A stretch of DNA of 63,670 bases, filler included, from Gonapodya sp. JEL0774 (Eukaryota), in the NCBI GenBank assembly GCA_027604505.1. It is 25 parts of 25 records of this genome, joined end to end, with 100 filler letters (N's around TTAATTAATTAA, not from the genome) between each part and the next. Parts side by side here need not be neighbours in the genome. Positions count along the whole stretch, not along the records: positions 10,257 to 12,719 come from JADIIX010001910.1; positions 12,820 to 15,282 come from JADIIX010001911.1; positions 15,383 to 17,844 come from JADIIX010001912.1; positions 17,945 to 20,405 come from JADIIX010001913.1; positions 20,506 to 22,964 come from JADIIX010001914.1; positions 23,065 to 25,518 come from JADIIX010001915.1; 19 more parts are not named here. One strand, written 5' to 3'. Positions 10,257 to 23,699 of this stretch are shown piece by piece. The position numbers and the translations under genes are program-made. The notes beneath the pieces are model-generated. The model had not been told where the DNA came from. It saw only the letters and a program-made list of their open reading frames with translations, and made no database searches. The first letter of the stretch is position 1. Every line of letters starts with the position of its first letter.

Positions 10257-12719
10257 GCCAGGCCGACGAGAGCAGGGAACGTCTCCGTACCCGAGACAGG
10301 TGGCAGGTGAATTGGTGCCGCGAGAGATGAGGAGGAGGACGATACGTGGGGAATTGCGGGATCCGCGACAGGCCCCTCTGCGATTTCCCCTTCCGCCTCA
10401 ACCACACCCGGCACAGCATCGAACCCGATCTCTGGCTCGCCCCCATTCTCCTTCGGCCCGGCCACAACATCCGGCGTATGTCCGTTCACCTTGGTATCCT
10501 TGTCACCCAAAATCGAGCCCAGACTGGTTCTCCGCTTGGCCAGCTCCTTCATATCTTCGCGACGTTTCTTTTCGTGCGCGAACGTGGAAGCCAGTGAGCG
10601 GCGGTACAGGTCGGTGTAAGTGGTGAGGAGGGCGAGAGATTCCTATTGGGTGGTACAACAGACCTCGTGGTTCAACTCCACTGCCCATTCGGTTGAGCAC
10701 TCCGAAGATCTCACCTTCTCGTCCCCCGCCCCGATTACATCCGGATACTCCACGGCCACCGCAGCGGCGGCATGGATGGCATATCGTAGGTTCGGTAGGG
10801 AATGAAACGTATGGAGAGCAAGTCGGTACGAAAACTACATTTTGCGGGGCGCGTCTTGGTGAAAGACCCACGCGTGATCGGCAAGACCAAATAAAACTTA
10901 CTCCGACCAGGCTCCAGGCTCCACCGACCTCCCCACCTTCACTCCAATCACCTTTCCCATCCACATGATCCGTCTCTCGCCACCCGATCGCCGCACTCCA
11001 CCTCACACACTCCTCCCACCGCTTGTACCTTTGCCGTTCAGTATCTGATGCGTCCACGGCGCGGGGAAAGGGCAACAGGGCGGCGAGTTGGGAGACATAC
11101 AAAGACGCAGGATAGAGTGAATTGGCGGGTAAAGGGAACAAAGAAACACCAACGTTGGGAACACTGTCAAGAGGTGACGTGACGTCAGGGTTTGAGGACT
11201 GGGAGGGGACCAGTGTGCGTACGTGATGCCGCAGCACGGCCGCCCAGCGAGCTGCTCGTGAGGTGGGGTGGGGTGTGGATGAAGAGATGGACGCAGGATG
11301 CGAGGCGGGGATCCAGGGTGAGATGAAGCGTGCAACATAAGTGCGAGTCCAGACGGGTTGTGTGGTAGCTAGCGGGTGGAGTGTCGTTGAGGCGGTGACG
11401 GCACTCTCCCATCGCCTTGCCTCGTCAACTGCGAGTCGCCAGATGGCTTCCTCCACCCACTCGTCCCATTCCTTCCACGCTGTTGATGAGTCCACTTCTG
11501 ATCCAGTACCCCGTCCACCGCCAGGATAGGCCGAGGTGGCCAGGGAGTCTGCCGAGGAATGAATCGAGGCGGCGGTGGCAGGTCTCGTGCCAAGCGAGGC
11601 GGGTTGTCGGAGGGACGCGCTACGAGCAGACGCAGCTCGAGGGGGCGACAGCACAGTTGGGAGGGACGAGGAAGCCATCGAGGCCGGCCGAGATGTGGCT
11701 GGTCGTACTCGATCGCGGGATCCCCCAGGGGACGGCCCGCCGTGGTTTCCATCGCCGCCCGCAGCGACACGGACGAGACGGTCCCACTCCGCGACGAGAA
11801 GCCAACACGCCACTGCACTTTCGCAAAAAGGATCCGTCATGTGGAATGCTAGGCCGGCGATGCACCAAGCTTGTGCAGCGAGCGCGGCGGAGTAATTGGG
11901 TGGAGAGGAAGGTGAGGTTGAAGGTTGGTACGGGGGGGCGGCGGCGTCCACATGTTTGAGAGCGGCGGATGGGTCGGATGAAAGGAGAGCAACACGCGCA
12001 AGTATAATGTGAGCTTGTTTTGCGGGTTCTAAGGTGAATGGTGTTCCGGCTTGTGGGTAGCCGGGTACGGTGGGAAGAGTCCCCAGCGCGACAGGAGGGT
12101 GAATAGAAGATAGAAGAATACCGGCAGCAGAAGAAGCAGACGAGGAGGAAGAGTATGATAGCGTGGGGACAGCTGGGGAGTGAGGGGAGTGGGAAGTCGA
12201 CGGATGGAAGAGATGGAGGACGGGGGATGCGTGGTGGCCGGGGGCTGATGGCAAAGAGTGATACACAGGGATTACTGTAGGCTGCTTTCTAGCCGAAAGC
12301 CAGGTGGTGACATATTCACAACCAGTCTCGAGCTTGCGGATGTACCATTCAATGCTCAGCAGTGAATAATGATTTCGTATCCAATCTGTTCAATGTGCTG
12401 TGGTACATGAAAGTCCGTGATTGTGCCAAGAGCGCTGATTCCACGTCTTCCATGTCACGGAGGACGTCCGTGGTTGTAAATCCGGGCAGGCAGCCGCTTG
12501 CCAGCTACATTAACTCACCACCACTTCCCGCGGATATAGTTCCTGCAACTTTGTTCAGCAGTCTTTTTATATTGTTCAACTTCGCGGCGTCTTTCACGAC
12601 AGGCACTCCAGCGGGCTCCAAGTCGAACGGAAACCTGTGTCGTGTCGAGTTTGGCTCCGACGAGGGAGGCGTGAATTCTTTCGAGGGAGCGAGTCTGGCG
12701 TTGAGGAGAGATTCGGCGA
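10257..12719 (-). CDS. Large helical/TPR-like protein fragment, possibly YPP1/TTC7-like
   Basis: 587-aa ORF with helical segments (AHIILARVAL, AQAWCIAGLA, EWVEEAIWRL, LLPFPRA) interrupted by low-complexity sequence; family assignment tentative. Confidence 0.4.
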
Positions 12720-13675
12720 NNNNNNNNNNNNNNNNNNNNNNNNNNNNNNNNNNNNNNNNNNNNTTAATTAATTAANNNNNNNNNNNNNNNNNNNNNNNNN
12801 NNNNNNNNNNNNNNNNNNNACTGAATCCGGTCACTCACCAAGGAACAAAGAAAGACTCATGATGCGCTTGAAGTTCCCTCAAAACGTTACCGAGCAATCG
12901 AATCAATGTTCTTTTATATCCATTGGCGGGTGAACCAGATGAAGCTTTGTTCGGAGATGGTAAAAAATTAATCAGAATGACCGAAGGAACCATAACTATC
13001 GGTGAAACCTCTTTCATCATCTCCAGATAGAGATGTTATTGACTGCTTAGATAAAGCTTGCCCAAGCTTCGCCGTACTTATGCTTTGTTGGAGCCGAGAT
13101 CTCTTTGAACATACAAAACGTGCTGGGTGACGTGCCAAGCGTTGTGCGAGAAGGTTGATTCAGCCACAACGAAGTTCGTAAGCTACCGTATATTCTGCTC
13201 TTTGATGATTTAATGTTGTGCTATAAGTCCTTACATGACGATCAACACATGGACGTTGTTGCCGAGCAATACAGAAGGGTTGGAATCTGAAAATGCAGAG
13301 GAACGCGGAGATGAAATATATATCTGCTCGCACCAAAAATGGATGGAAATGTATGTGGAAGTACCAGCAATTCTGGATTTGCGGTATTTGCTCCCTACCG
13401 TAGTCGGAGCACTGAGGTCACAGGACCACAAGCCATAAGCAGCCCAGTGATGCCATGATGGAACTATTCGTTGAGTACGGGGTGATACAGAGAAGCAAAA
13501 GATGGGGTCACAGGTCTTGAAAGGGCAATCTTATTAAGTACGGAACGCGGTTTTTTTTTCACATGATCACTATTGCGTCAATGGGTACTAGTGAAGATAA
13601 TATATTGTAACGTCCTTACCTTGCACTTGAGATATCTTGTCCACTTCCTTTCAGTTTGTCCCCAAGCTCAGACAA

Positions 13676-14696
13676 ATGACACCCCAAAATCTCCGCCCTC
13701 GGATCGCTAATCCCCGTTCCTCCTCAGCTCGCGACAACCCTCCCAGCCGCTTCCCTTTCACATCTCTGCCACCTGAAATCCAGCAGCTCGTCGGGCGGTG
13801 CTGGCACGATTTCCCGTTTGGTCTTCCTGCTGAGACCCTTAATAGGCAACTTTGGGAGACGTTTGGGGAACCTATACTGTTACACATCGAGCGGTTGCGA
13901 GATTTGGAAGTCCGCTATAAGCTCTCCGTCAGGAGTGCTATCGGCGGGCAGCAGACATAAGGGTGACACTCGTGTTAATCGACCGCTGCGACGCGAGGAA
14001 GGGCGAGCTGCGCGAAGCACTGATTCATGTGTGTTCCACCGGGGACACCGCACGCATCCGGCTGTTACTCGCTGCCGGGGGCAGGCATACACGGGTGGAA
14101 TCCCTGGTTACCTATTCATCTCCCACGCCCATGGGTGCCCAACTGCATGGTGTCGAGCGACGTGATGACAATCAAGAGTGACGCAAAGCTTCTGGTGAGA
14201 CTGGAATCGCACCGAAATGTGGACTACGACAATTACCCCGTCCAGATAGCATGTGAATACGGGCACGCAAAAGTAGTCAAGCTGTTGATAGACAGTGGCC
14301 TGCGCATGAGCACGATCGCAGGGGCGGTCATGAGGGCAGCGTGTTGCAAGGGGCACCTGGACGTTGTGGCATTTCTCATTGAATGCAAGTGCGGGTTTTT
14401 GGAGGACGGCCTGTGGGCAGCATGTAGTAACGGACAGAAGGATGTGGTGGAACTATTGCCTTCTCAAGGAGTCGATCTCAGCGTGTGGAGGAGTCGAGAT
14501 GCCCTGTGCCACGCAGTGGTGGGAGACCACAACAGGATCGTACGACTTCTACTCGACACCAGTGCAGATTTCAGTGAGTGTGTGTAGCCGTAAACTTCAC
14601 GACCTGGGACATGGGCGACTGAGTGGTATAATGATGCAGACACTTGAGTTGTACGGGCTCATAAGACGGAGCAAAAGATTGGAGCATTGCCCTTGA
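13676..14696 (+). pseudogene. Ankyrin-repeat gene with F-box-like N-terminus, frameshifted
   Basis: FTSLPPEIQQLVG; ankyrin motifs ACEYGHAKVVKLLID, ACCKGHLDVVAFLIE, ACSNGQKDVVELL; coding sequence is spread over several frames with stops. Confidence 0.7.
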
Positions 14697-15392
14697 AGAA
14701 CAGAGATAATTTTAGACAGGCTTTCCTTGGAATGTGTGAGCGGATGTCGTAAAACATGATCGGAGAATAGACACAGCAGTCAGCACCGTCCCTGCATTCT
14801 CCACATGAAACGAAAATCACGGATCGAACCTAGAATTCTTCTGGGAACAAGCAACTAACTCACTTACTTCGATATTCCCGTGGTTGGTTTGCGAGACAAA
14901 GCTGTGGTCAGCCCTCCCCACCCAAAACTGCCCCTTCAGAGCGCCAAGTCAGGACTCAACGCGACTATGCCCTCTCCAATGCGCGTCGAGCGCATCGAGC
15001 GAAAAGCAAGCCCACGTGGAAGTCCCAGATTCAACCATCTCTCTTTTGATTCGGTGATTAGAGCGCGTTTTGCAGACGAAATTTGGTTTTGTCGGCGTCA
15101 TCGGAATGACCATGGTCTCCGCTTTCTTTCCCGTGTGCTATACAATGAAAACGCTCTCCTTTGCGAAAGTCTGGCTCACCACCGCGTCGCCAGTCATCTT
15201 CGAACGATGCAGCGCCACCACTTCTGACCGCTGGATCTAGAGCTTCTTTGGGTCGTCTTGGATCTCTTCTCCCGTCTGGTGANNNNNNNNNNNNNNNNNN
15301 NNNNNNNNNNNNNNNNNNNNNNNNNNTTAATTAATTAANNNNNNNNNNNNNNNNNNNNNNNNNNNNNNNNNNNNNNNNNNNNTCGTTCGACA

Positions 15393-16745
15393 ATGTCCAT
15401 TCAGCACGGTGGCACACATCCGTTTCAAAGACCGAGCTTGAGAGAATTACCACCTAAAGTGTTGCAGCAGCTTTCTCGTCTCAAAACTGTCTGGGATCGA
15501 GGACCTGGCGATCCGGTGAATATACCCCTTTCTCGATGCTCTCCAATGATTTGATGTTCAGACCTAATTGATTGCACGGTACAACTGATAATGTGATAGT
15601 ATGGACCAGAATTCAGGTGCGAGACGCCGAAACTACTGGACGTTGACGTCTTCGATCGCACTGAGCACGGTTTACAGAGCATCAGTACTGGTTCCGCTCA
15701 TATACGACAAGGCGAATGACAGTTTTGAGGTTCTCTTAACTCGTAGGAGGTGTGATTCTCTGCGCCGAGGGTGACGGAGTGACCACCACTACCTTACTCG
15801 TTTGGTTCTTGGTCAGTTCAAAGCTGCGTTCCCATTCCGGTGAGGTTGCTTTCCCTGGTGGAAGAAGAGACGAAGAAGATGAGAATGTGACGGTGAGTGC
15901 CGACTTCAGATTTCATGATGGGATTTTGTGGTGTGGTGAACCAAGGTAACATTAAGCCCGGTCTGGCAAGGTAACAGCTCTCCGGGAAGCCTATGAGGAA
16001 GTTGGTCTGCCACCATCATGCGTCAATGTGATTACTCGGTGGCCTCCAAGTAAGAACTCCAACATGTTCCCTTCCTTTAATTCGTGTCCTCACACCCTCT
16101 GCAAACACCCAGTTGTATCCCGCAATAATCTCATTGTTGTGCCTGTGATCGCACTGATCCCACCTGACTTCACTCCTACGCCAAATCCTGATGAGGTTGA
16201 ATCCGTTTTCAGGGCCCCTTTATCACTTTTTCTCTCTGCCACTGCAAACAACCATCATGCAGTTCTTTGGAATAGTTTCATGTTCCGGATACATCGATTC
16301 AGGCATGGAGAGTACTCTGTAAATGGATTGACAGCATCTATTTGTATTGATGTGGCGATGGTTCGTAGTGGGAATTCTCTTGGGATCACACTTGCAGGTG
16401 GGAACAAAAGTGTTGACCATCCCGGTTTGCACCACTGTTTAGGTGCTCTATGACATCCAAGATGAGAAGCAATTAGGATTCAATCTTTCAGAACCAGGAC
16501 AGATGTCTTATCCAGATCTGATGGAAAGGTTTGTCCTGGAAGGGAGGTTCACGAAACCAGACCCTCAAGAGCTCCGAGAAAAGGAACTCAAAGAAACTCC
16601 TGCTCTTGTTGCAGCAGAGTCTGTGATTGTGGCAAGTCACATTGATGTCACAGGTGGATCTGTCTTCCTCATAGAAGATGACTCTCCCGGAAGTGCTACA
16701 GACAGTGTGGATGAAGCAAGACAACAACGTAATGGTCGAATATAA
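15393..16745 (+). CDS. Nudix CoA diphosphatase (PCD1/NUDT7/NUDT8 family)
   Basis: ASVLVPL...VLLT, SSKLRSHSGEVAFPGG, TALREAYEEVGL (Nudix box), NPDEVESVFRAPL, GLTASI; multi-exon. Confidence 0.85.
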
Positions 16746-16799
16746 ATAGCTTTTGGTGTACTATAAATAAACAAATGATCAAAGCTTCAGTGATGTCAG

Positions 16800-17580
16800 T
16801 AAATGAGTATGCAGATTGACATTGTGGTCAGCTTCTGGCATGTACAAGTGTACAAGGAACATCATGCAAGTGCAACCCACACTTTTGGCCTGGTACGCCA
16901 GGTTGAAAATCCATTGTGCAGTGACAGAACTGGTTTTTTGTTTCTGGCAACATTCTTAGAGTCCATTTGAGATGGTTCTCAGCTTGTGTTACTGTTCTTG
17001 CTGGGTCCTGTAAGTTTCAACCCGTGCTTCTTCTCCTTGACCTGCAGTGTTGCCCTGGTACGCCAAGTTCAAAATATTTCTTCTATGCTGACACCACTTT
17101 GTTTTTACATGAGAATGATTGAAATTGCAGATTGCCATTGTGGTCAGCTTCTGTCATGAACATGGAATATTATGCTGGTGTGTGACAAGCACTTCAGCTG
17201 CAATTTTGGCCTGGTACGCCAGGTTGAAAATCCAATGTGCAGGAACACGTTTGTTTCACTACCAATAGCAACATTTTGAGAGAACATTCAAGGCAGTTGT
17301 CAGCTTGTGGGCCAGTTCTGCTGCGTTCTGTTTCAGGTAGGTTTACTCTTTCACCTGCAGCTGTTCCCTGGTACGGCACATTGAAATGTCTTCCTTCTAT
17401 GCTGACACCACTGCGTTTGTAGTGCCAGCAAATGAGTATGCAGATTGACATTGTGGTCAGCTTCTGGCATGTACAAGTGTACACGGAACATCATGCAAGT
17501 GCAATTGCACTTTGGGCCTGTTACAGCAGATTGAAAATCCAATGCCAGCACACAGGAACAACAAGCAATTAGTGTCCAGA
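16800..17580. repeat. Degenerate tandem repeat, ~315-bp period with ~160-bp sub-period
   Basis: GCAGATTG(A/C)CATTGTGGTCAGCTTCTG at about 16811, 17128 and 17440; CTGGTACGCCAGGTTGAAAA-like motif at about 16890, 17055, 17210, 17367 and 17517. Confidence 0.75.
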
Positions 17581-17769
17581 AACAAGCACAGAAGCAAACA
17601 CTACAAAGTCCACATATTTCCCTGGATATTCTGTGATCTATCGCTCCAGAGTCTGGATTGTCCACAACAGGTGTCTCAAGCAGAGAAGGCAGAGATAAGC
17701 CTATCAAAGTGTTCTCCATCATACATCCGTTTTTCTCAGATTTGTGTGGCATCACACACACAGTGTGGT

Positions 17770-17844
17770 TGTTGTGAGACGACGGCTAAAAGCGGGAGTT
17801 TAGCCGGAGTCACGTGACTCCACGAGCACAACGACTGTCGTCCC
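17770..17844 (+). mobile_element. 5' end of a gypsy LTR (same family as 62141-62438), cut by contig end
   Basis: TGTTGTGAGACGACGGCTAAAAGCGGGAGTTTAGC... is nearly identical to the reverse complement of 62364-62438. Confidence 0.85.
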
Positions 17845-17952
17845 NNNNNNNNNNNNNNNNNNNNNNNNNNNNNNNNNNNNNNNNNNNNTTAATTAATTAA
17901 NNNNNNNNNNNNNNNNNNNNNNNNNNNNNNNNNNNNNNNNNNNNCTGCACCT

Positions 17953-19515
17953 CTAACGGCCTCCCCAAGCCAGTCCAACTCTCACTCCTCCAAATATTTG
18001 TCCAGGAACAACCTCATGTTTAACTAAGGGTGCTGCCCTTTGAATCGGGGAAGTGGGAGTGGTGTCAAGTGGACCGTTTTCAAGCCACTCCCTGAAGCTC
18101 CGTCTGCATCGGTCGCTCATTGTTTCACCAGCTTCGCGGACGAGAAATGCGACGCGGGTAGTTACGAAAGGGCTCCAAGGTTTGCCGGATTCAGGGGCAG
18201 ACATGAGGCATGCGACTTCCAGATACTTCTCCGTAGTGACACCATGCTGAGGGCGCAGAGGGTCCAGAAAATCTCGAAAAAAGGTGGATGGGTGGAAGGA
18301 AGGTAGGATGGTTGGGAGATTGAGTCGTGCGGTGTCGAAGAGAAGAGACGAGTTGAGGAAGAGAGACTCGAGGATCACACGACACACCTCCATGAGCCCC
18401 GGTGTGTGAAAATCTACAAAGACGGTTCAAACTTACAAGCTCGACAGCACTCGGCCGTCCAGATACTTTTTCGGAGTAGTAAGTGGCGGACCACCAGGAC
18501 GGATCAGCACGACGCTGAGTTAGAAAACAAGAGCGAATTTTAATCCCGAGCTTTCGAGAGAAGATCGAGACATGAAGCGGATACTCACCATCTTGTAGGA
18601 AAGGGCCCTCTCCTCAGCTCGCTCAGGTGCCCCCATCACGCCCATGAGCTCACTAATCGCAAAGTCTCGCTCGTCTTTCCATTCCAGGAGACGTTCTTCA
18701 GGTGTGATCTCGGGCAGCGGTCTTTGCCTGGTGTAGTCTACATCCGGTGGCGATGGGAGACCAGTACGCATCAAGTTGAGTGAGTTTGTGGAATCCGCTG
18801 ACAAAGTCCGTCGGTTGGCAGAGTATGATCTGGCGGGTGATAGCTCATACGAATGGTTTTGAATTTGAGGTGCAGTTCCAGAGGAATGCCCCATGCTCAA
18901 GACAGAGAAGTTGTCGGTAATAGAAGAAACGGAGGACACCAAGGAGTCTTCGGTGGACGTGCGGGATAGCACAGGGCTGGGAGGTGACCACGTTTGGGGA
19001 GGTTCGTCGTTCCAGCGAACACGTTTCGTGCTGGCACCGAGTGAGCGAGGGCGGATGCGAGATGGTGTCTGTTCGCGCACCCGGCGCGAGAGGTCATTTG
19101 CGTAGGCGACATTGACTGACCGGCGCTTTTCAAGAGTCTGAAAGAGTAATCGACTTTTGGAAACGACTGCGCTCGATTCTGTGTGTGATGGACTGGACGT
19201 ACGTACCTGCTGTTGCCGGTCTCGTTTCACAATCAACACAGTGACCGGCCCTGTTTCCCAGAGGAGTTCCACATGTTTGTCATCCAGAAGAGGTACCTCA
19301 GTTATTCCATCGCCGCCAAAACTGCTCAGTCTGAGCTCGTCGTGGGGAACCTCTGCGATTGACGTGATCCGGGTTTGCAGCACCGCGCGAAGAGACTCTA
19401 CTGTCCTCGGCAACAAAAGATTGGTGAATGAAATCGCCTTTGTTCCACCTGGGTGATGAACAATGAGTCTTCTCGTGCTTCGATCGATGAAATGAGGTGG
19501 GTCCAAATGTGACAT
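17953..19515 (-). CDS. Protein with N-terminal degenerate PB1-like domain, Ser-rich middle and helical C-terminus
   Basis: 331-aa first-exon ORF beginning RRLIVHHPGGTK...LRLSSFGGDGITEVPLLDDKHVELLWETG; further exons to 17953. Confidence 0.6.
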
Positions 19516-20076
19516 GTGGAAATCCAGGGATCAGAGATGTATGAGGGTTCTCCGCGGAGGATGCGGGAGCGGGGAGAAGAAGGGAAATCGTCGCTCCTCG
19601 CTGTTTCGCTGAAAGATCCGCTGTTTCTTTCGCGAGAATATTCGAACTCCTCCAACAGCGACAGTGAATGGGGCCAGGGATTTGATTGTGCGGGCCCACC
19701 ACACCGACCGGAACGATCATCTGTGTTCGTTTAGAAAAATACTCGGAGCTGCAGTACCCCGAAAGCAACCCCGTGAAAGCAATAATAATTCTAAATATCC
19801 CATTTTGTCGTTCTAGTCGCATTCTGGATGGAGTACTGAAACCAACGTCCAAAAATAGAAGCGCACCCTTCATGTTTCTCCATATGACAGCGGAAACGCA
19901 AAGGACATACATTCGTGGTCGCGCTTTTCTTTATAAATGTCCCTGCTGTGTCCGCGTCCTCTACAGCTCTCTTGTGAAGGGTTTGAATTTGCACGTGCAG
20001 GATAATTCGGGGCAAACACACACGCAGATTGGATCCCTCAAGCGCACACTGGACACTGTATACTCAGTACCAACAA

Positions 20077-20352
20077 ATGTCGCTTCACAGACGTCTCCGA
20101 GTCCACCACCCGGCTGGGACAAAGGATCTTGTAATTCGGTCGGATACTCGTCCCACCACCTATACCGGTTTTATCGAGTTCCTGCAAGCCCGTGTTCTTG
20201 CACTGGCCAAAATTGCACCTCAAGATATATTTCTGACTTTCCTGGATGCTGATGGTGTGACCGTGGATCTTGAAGACGATGCAGATCTTCTGGTCATGTG
20301 GCAGACAGGAGATCGAGGAATTCCCGGCTACAGCATCACGGTAGCTGCTCGG
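20077..20352 (+). CDS. PB1-domain protein, first exon (truncated by contig end)
   Basis: RRLRVHHPAGTK...LTFLDADGVTVDLEDDADLLVMW, an acidic OPCA-like motif; GTGAGT donor at about 20353. Confidence 0.65.
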
Positions 20353-20505
20353 GTGAGTTCTTACGTCGGTATTTAGAGTTCTCTTAGTTTTTATTCTCAC
20401 CTTAANNNNNNNNNNNNNNNNNNNNNNNNNNNNNNNNNNNNNNNNNNNNTTAATTAATTAANNNNNNNNNNNNNNNNNNNNNNNNNNNNNNNNNNNNNNN
20501 NNNNN

Positions 20506-20893
<388 letters not shown>

Positions 20894-21022
20894 AGCGGAG
20901 GAGGAATGGAGGGAGGATTTGCTTTGTAGTTTGTGATTGCAAGAATGAATGAATGAATTCAGAGTGATGCGGTTCTGTAGAGGCTTGGTGTTGTGGTGCG
21001 GACCCCTTGGCATTCACGAGTC

Positions 21023-22881
21023 ATGGCTGCACTTGCCAAACTTCCACAAGAGCTACGCCGCTTCCGGGGCCGATCATCGTCACATTCATCTCTTGGCTTG
21101 CCATGGTGTTGCTGGCGTTTCGGGACAAGAACGGATGGGTCTCATGATGGCGTTGGTGGTCAACGAAGATTCACTCCTGCAGAAAACGTAATTGGAGGCC
21201 CCTCAAGACAAATCCGACGATTTGATGTCTGCACATCTCCACCACTTGCGTCTCATCGTGGACAAGGGCTCCCGTTCACAACTCAAACACCTCCCCTGCG
21301 TTCTCCCACATCTTCAAATATCGGTGTCCACCATGTCATCCGACCGATTCCGGCCACTGCCATCTCACAGCGTGCTATATGGACATCAGCAGTAGAAAAG
21401 AAAGTGCGACGACTGGTGGACGAGTACGAGGGGTTGGTGACGAGGGTGAACTCGGAGGTGAAGACTTTGAGTAACATCACGAATCGCTTCTGAACATCTC
21501 ATAATCTGACCATCATATTCACGGGTAATAACACACGTATGCTCAACTGGACTTGGAAGCAGTCCGGCTCCATGTCCCCCGCCGACCTCGCTGTGCTCAA
21601 CAAGCGCCTTTCGGTCCTCGAACGACTCGCCTCGTTGTCAAAGTTCCGTGATACGCGTAGTCAGGTGCATGCGCTACTCAACCTCATTTCTCTCGGTGCT
21701 CGACATTCATGCTCTCCGTGTTCCGTCCGTGCTCGTAGGATCTTTCCGGTTTGACACCCTTGCTGTCCGACCCAGACCCGTCCATCCGTCAGTTGGCGGA
21801 AGACGATGCAGCAGAGCAGCGCACAGAGATCGCAGATTTGGAGAAGGAAATTGTTATGACAATCGTGCCAAGGGATGAAGCAGACGCTGGAGGCGCGATA
21901 GTGGAGGTGAGAGCAGGTGAGTGTTCCTTTTCATTATCTTGAGACGGTGCTACGGGGAGGCATGACGGTTTGATTCCGGTTGTTAGGTGCTGGTGGAGAT
22001 GAGGCGGCCTTGTTTGCAAGCGATGTGTTGCGGATGTACGAGCGGTTCGCGCAGTTGCAAGGGTGGCGGTTCGAGGTGTTGTCGACGTCACCTGGGACGA
22101 AGGGGTTCAAGGTAAGAATTCGCGGATTCAATTTGAATCTAGAGGAAAGAGTGCGTTCCGAACTCCCGTCTCACTATTTTCCTGCTACCGGATGATGCCA
22201 GGAAGCGCTCGCGTCTGTGACCGGCGCAGATGCCTTCCGATGGCTCAAAGGCGAATCGGGCGTACACAGAGTACAGAGAATACCAGAGACGGAGACTGCG
22301 GGAAGAATACACACTAGTACGGTTACTGTAGCGGTGTTGCCTGAACCCACCGAGGTGCGTAATGGGGTGAACAGCATAGCATAGACACCAAGCACGCCCA
22401 GATCATACTACTACTCTTTGTCCCGACGCAGGTCACCGTAGACATTCCTCCTTCCTCCCTCCGCATCGAAACCATGCGTGCTTCCGGCGCGGGCGGTCAA
22501 TCAGTGAACACAACCGATAGCGCCGTGCGCATCACGCACATCCCAACCGGCCTCTCAGTCCACATCTCAGACGAGCGCTCCCAGCACAAGAACCGTGCGA
22601 AAGCCATGCGCATCCTCCAAGCCCGCTTGTTCGACATGGAACGTAATAAAGTGGAGGACGAGCGAAAATCAGCGCGGAGGAGCATGGTAGGTGGAGCTGG
22701 ACGGAGTGAGAAGGTTCGGACGTACAACTGGCAGAGGAGCAGGGTGGTTGATCATAGGATAGGGGTTGAAGTGGACTTAACGCGGTGTTTGGATGGGGAG
22801 GCGTTGTATGAAATCGTGGAGGGCCTTGTAAGCTGGGAAGAGGAGGAGAGGTTGAAGGAGGCAGTGGGAGATAGTAATTGA
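21023..22881 (+). CDS. MRF1: Mitochondrial peptide chain release factor 1 (start uncertain)
   Basis: [63 protein letters not shown] (GGQ motif), RSEKVRTYN. Confidence 0.92.
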
Positions 22882-23160
22882 TTTCGAACTAAATAAAGTT
22901 GATTTATGTCAAACTACATTGTATTCGGAGCCGGTGGAATCGGTAGAATTCTACACAATAACACNNNNNNNNNNNNNNNNNNNNNNNNNNNNNNNNNNNN
23001 NNNNNNNNTTAATTAATTAANNNNNNNNNNNNNNNNNNNNNNNNNNNNNNNNNNNNNNNNNNNNTTTGTTCTATCGACCCAGGCGCACCGACATCCACCG
23101 TGGACCCCCCCCCCACAGCACAAACCCCGACCGCCATCATCGTGCCGTCACGCGGGATCG

Positions 23161-23206
23161 TGCGTGTGTGTGCGCGTGTGCGTAGGTGTGTGTGTGTGCG
23201 TGCGTG
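23161..23206. repeat. Imperfect (TG)n microsatellite; a (CA)n tract also at about 23484-23526
   Basis: Direct reading of dinucleotide runs. Confidence 0.8.
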
Positions 23207-23699
23207 TAAAATACATCAGCTCCCGGACCTTGCCACCCACAGTACACACGCACCCCACCAAACAAAAAAGTCAACCCACCGCTCGACCTGCCCCGCCAGT
23301 TCTGCCCTCGACCGGTCCAGCTCGTGGACCAGATCAGATGTCTGTTACAATCAACGAATCGGTCGTTCGTTGGTTGACCCCGTCCCCAACGTACCACCAT
23401 GAACCACCAAGTGAACGACCAACAAAACAAAACAAAAAAAGCAAAAACATGAGGGATAGAGATCGCATTGGTACACAGATCGAGACACACACGCACGCAC
23501 ACAAAAATACACACACACACACACACTTTTGCGTGTGCGGTGCGTGTGCCGAGGCGACTCAACATCATCGTCGAGAACACATTATGATCCGGCAGAGGGC
23601 AGCCTCCACAGCGTGGCACGAGCGTTCGCCGTCTCCCCGCCTCCGCATACTCCGCCTTCCTTTCCAAACACTCACTGTCTTTCCCTGGTCGCCGCCACC

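Noticed and set aside
12820..13460. Exon-like minus-strand segments; similar unassigned pieces at 7202-7593, 14968-15282, 30160-30623 and 43466-43940
   Set aside because: Splice signals are present, but no consistent reading frame or recognisable domain
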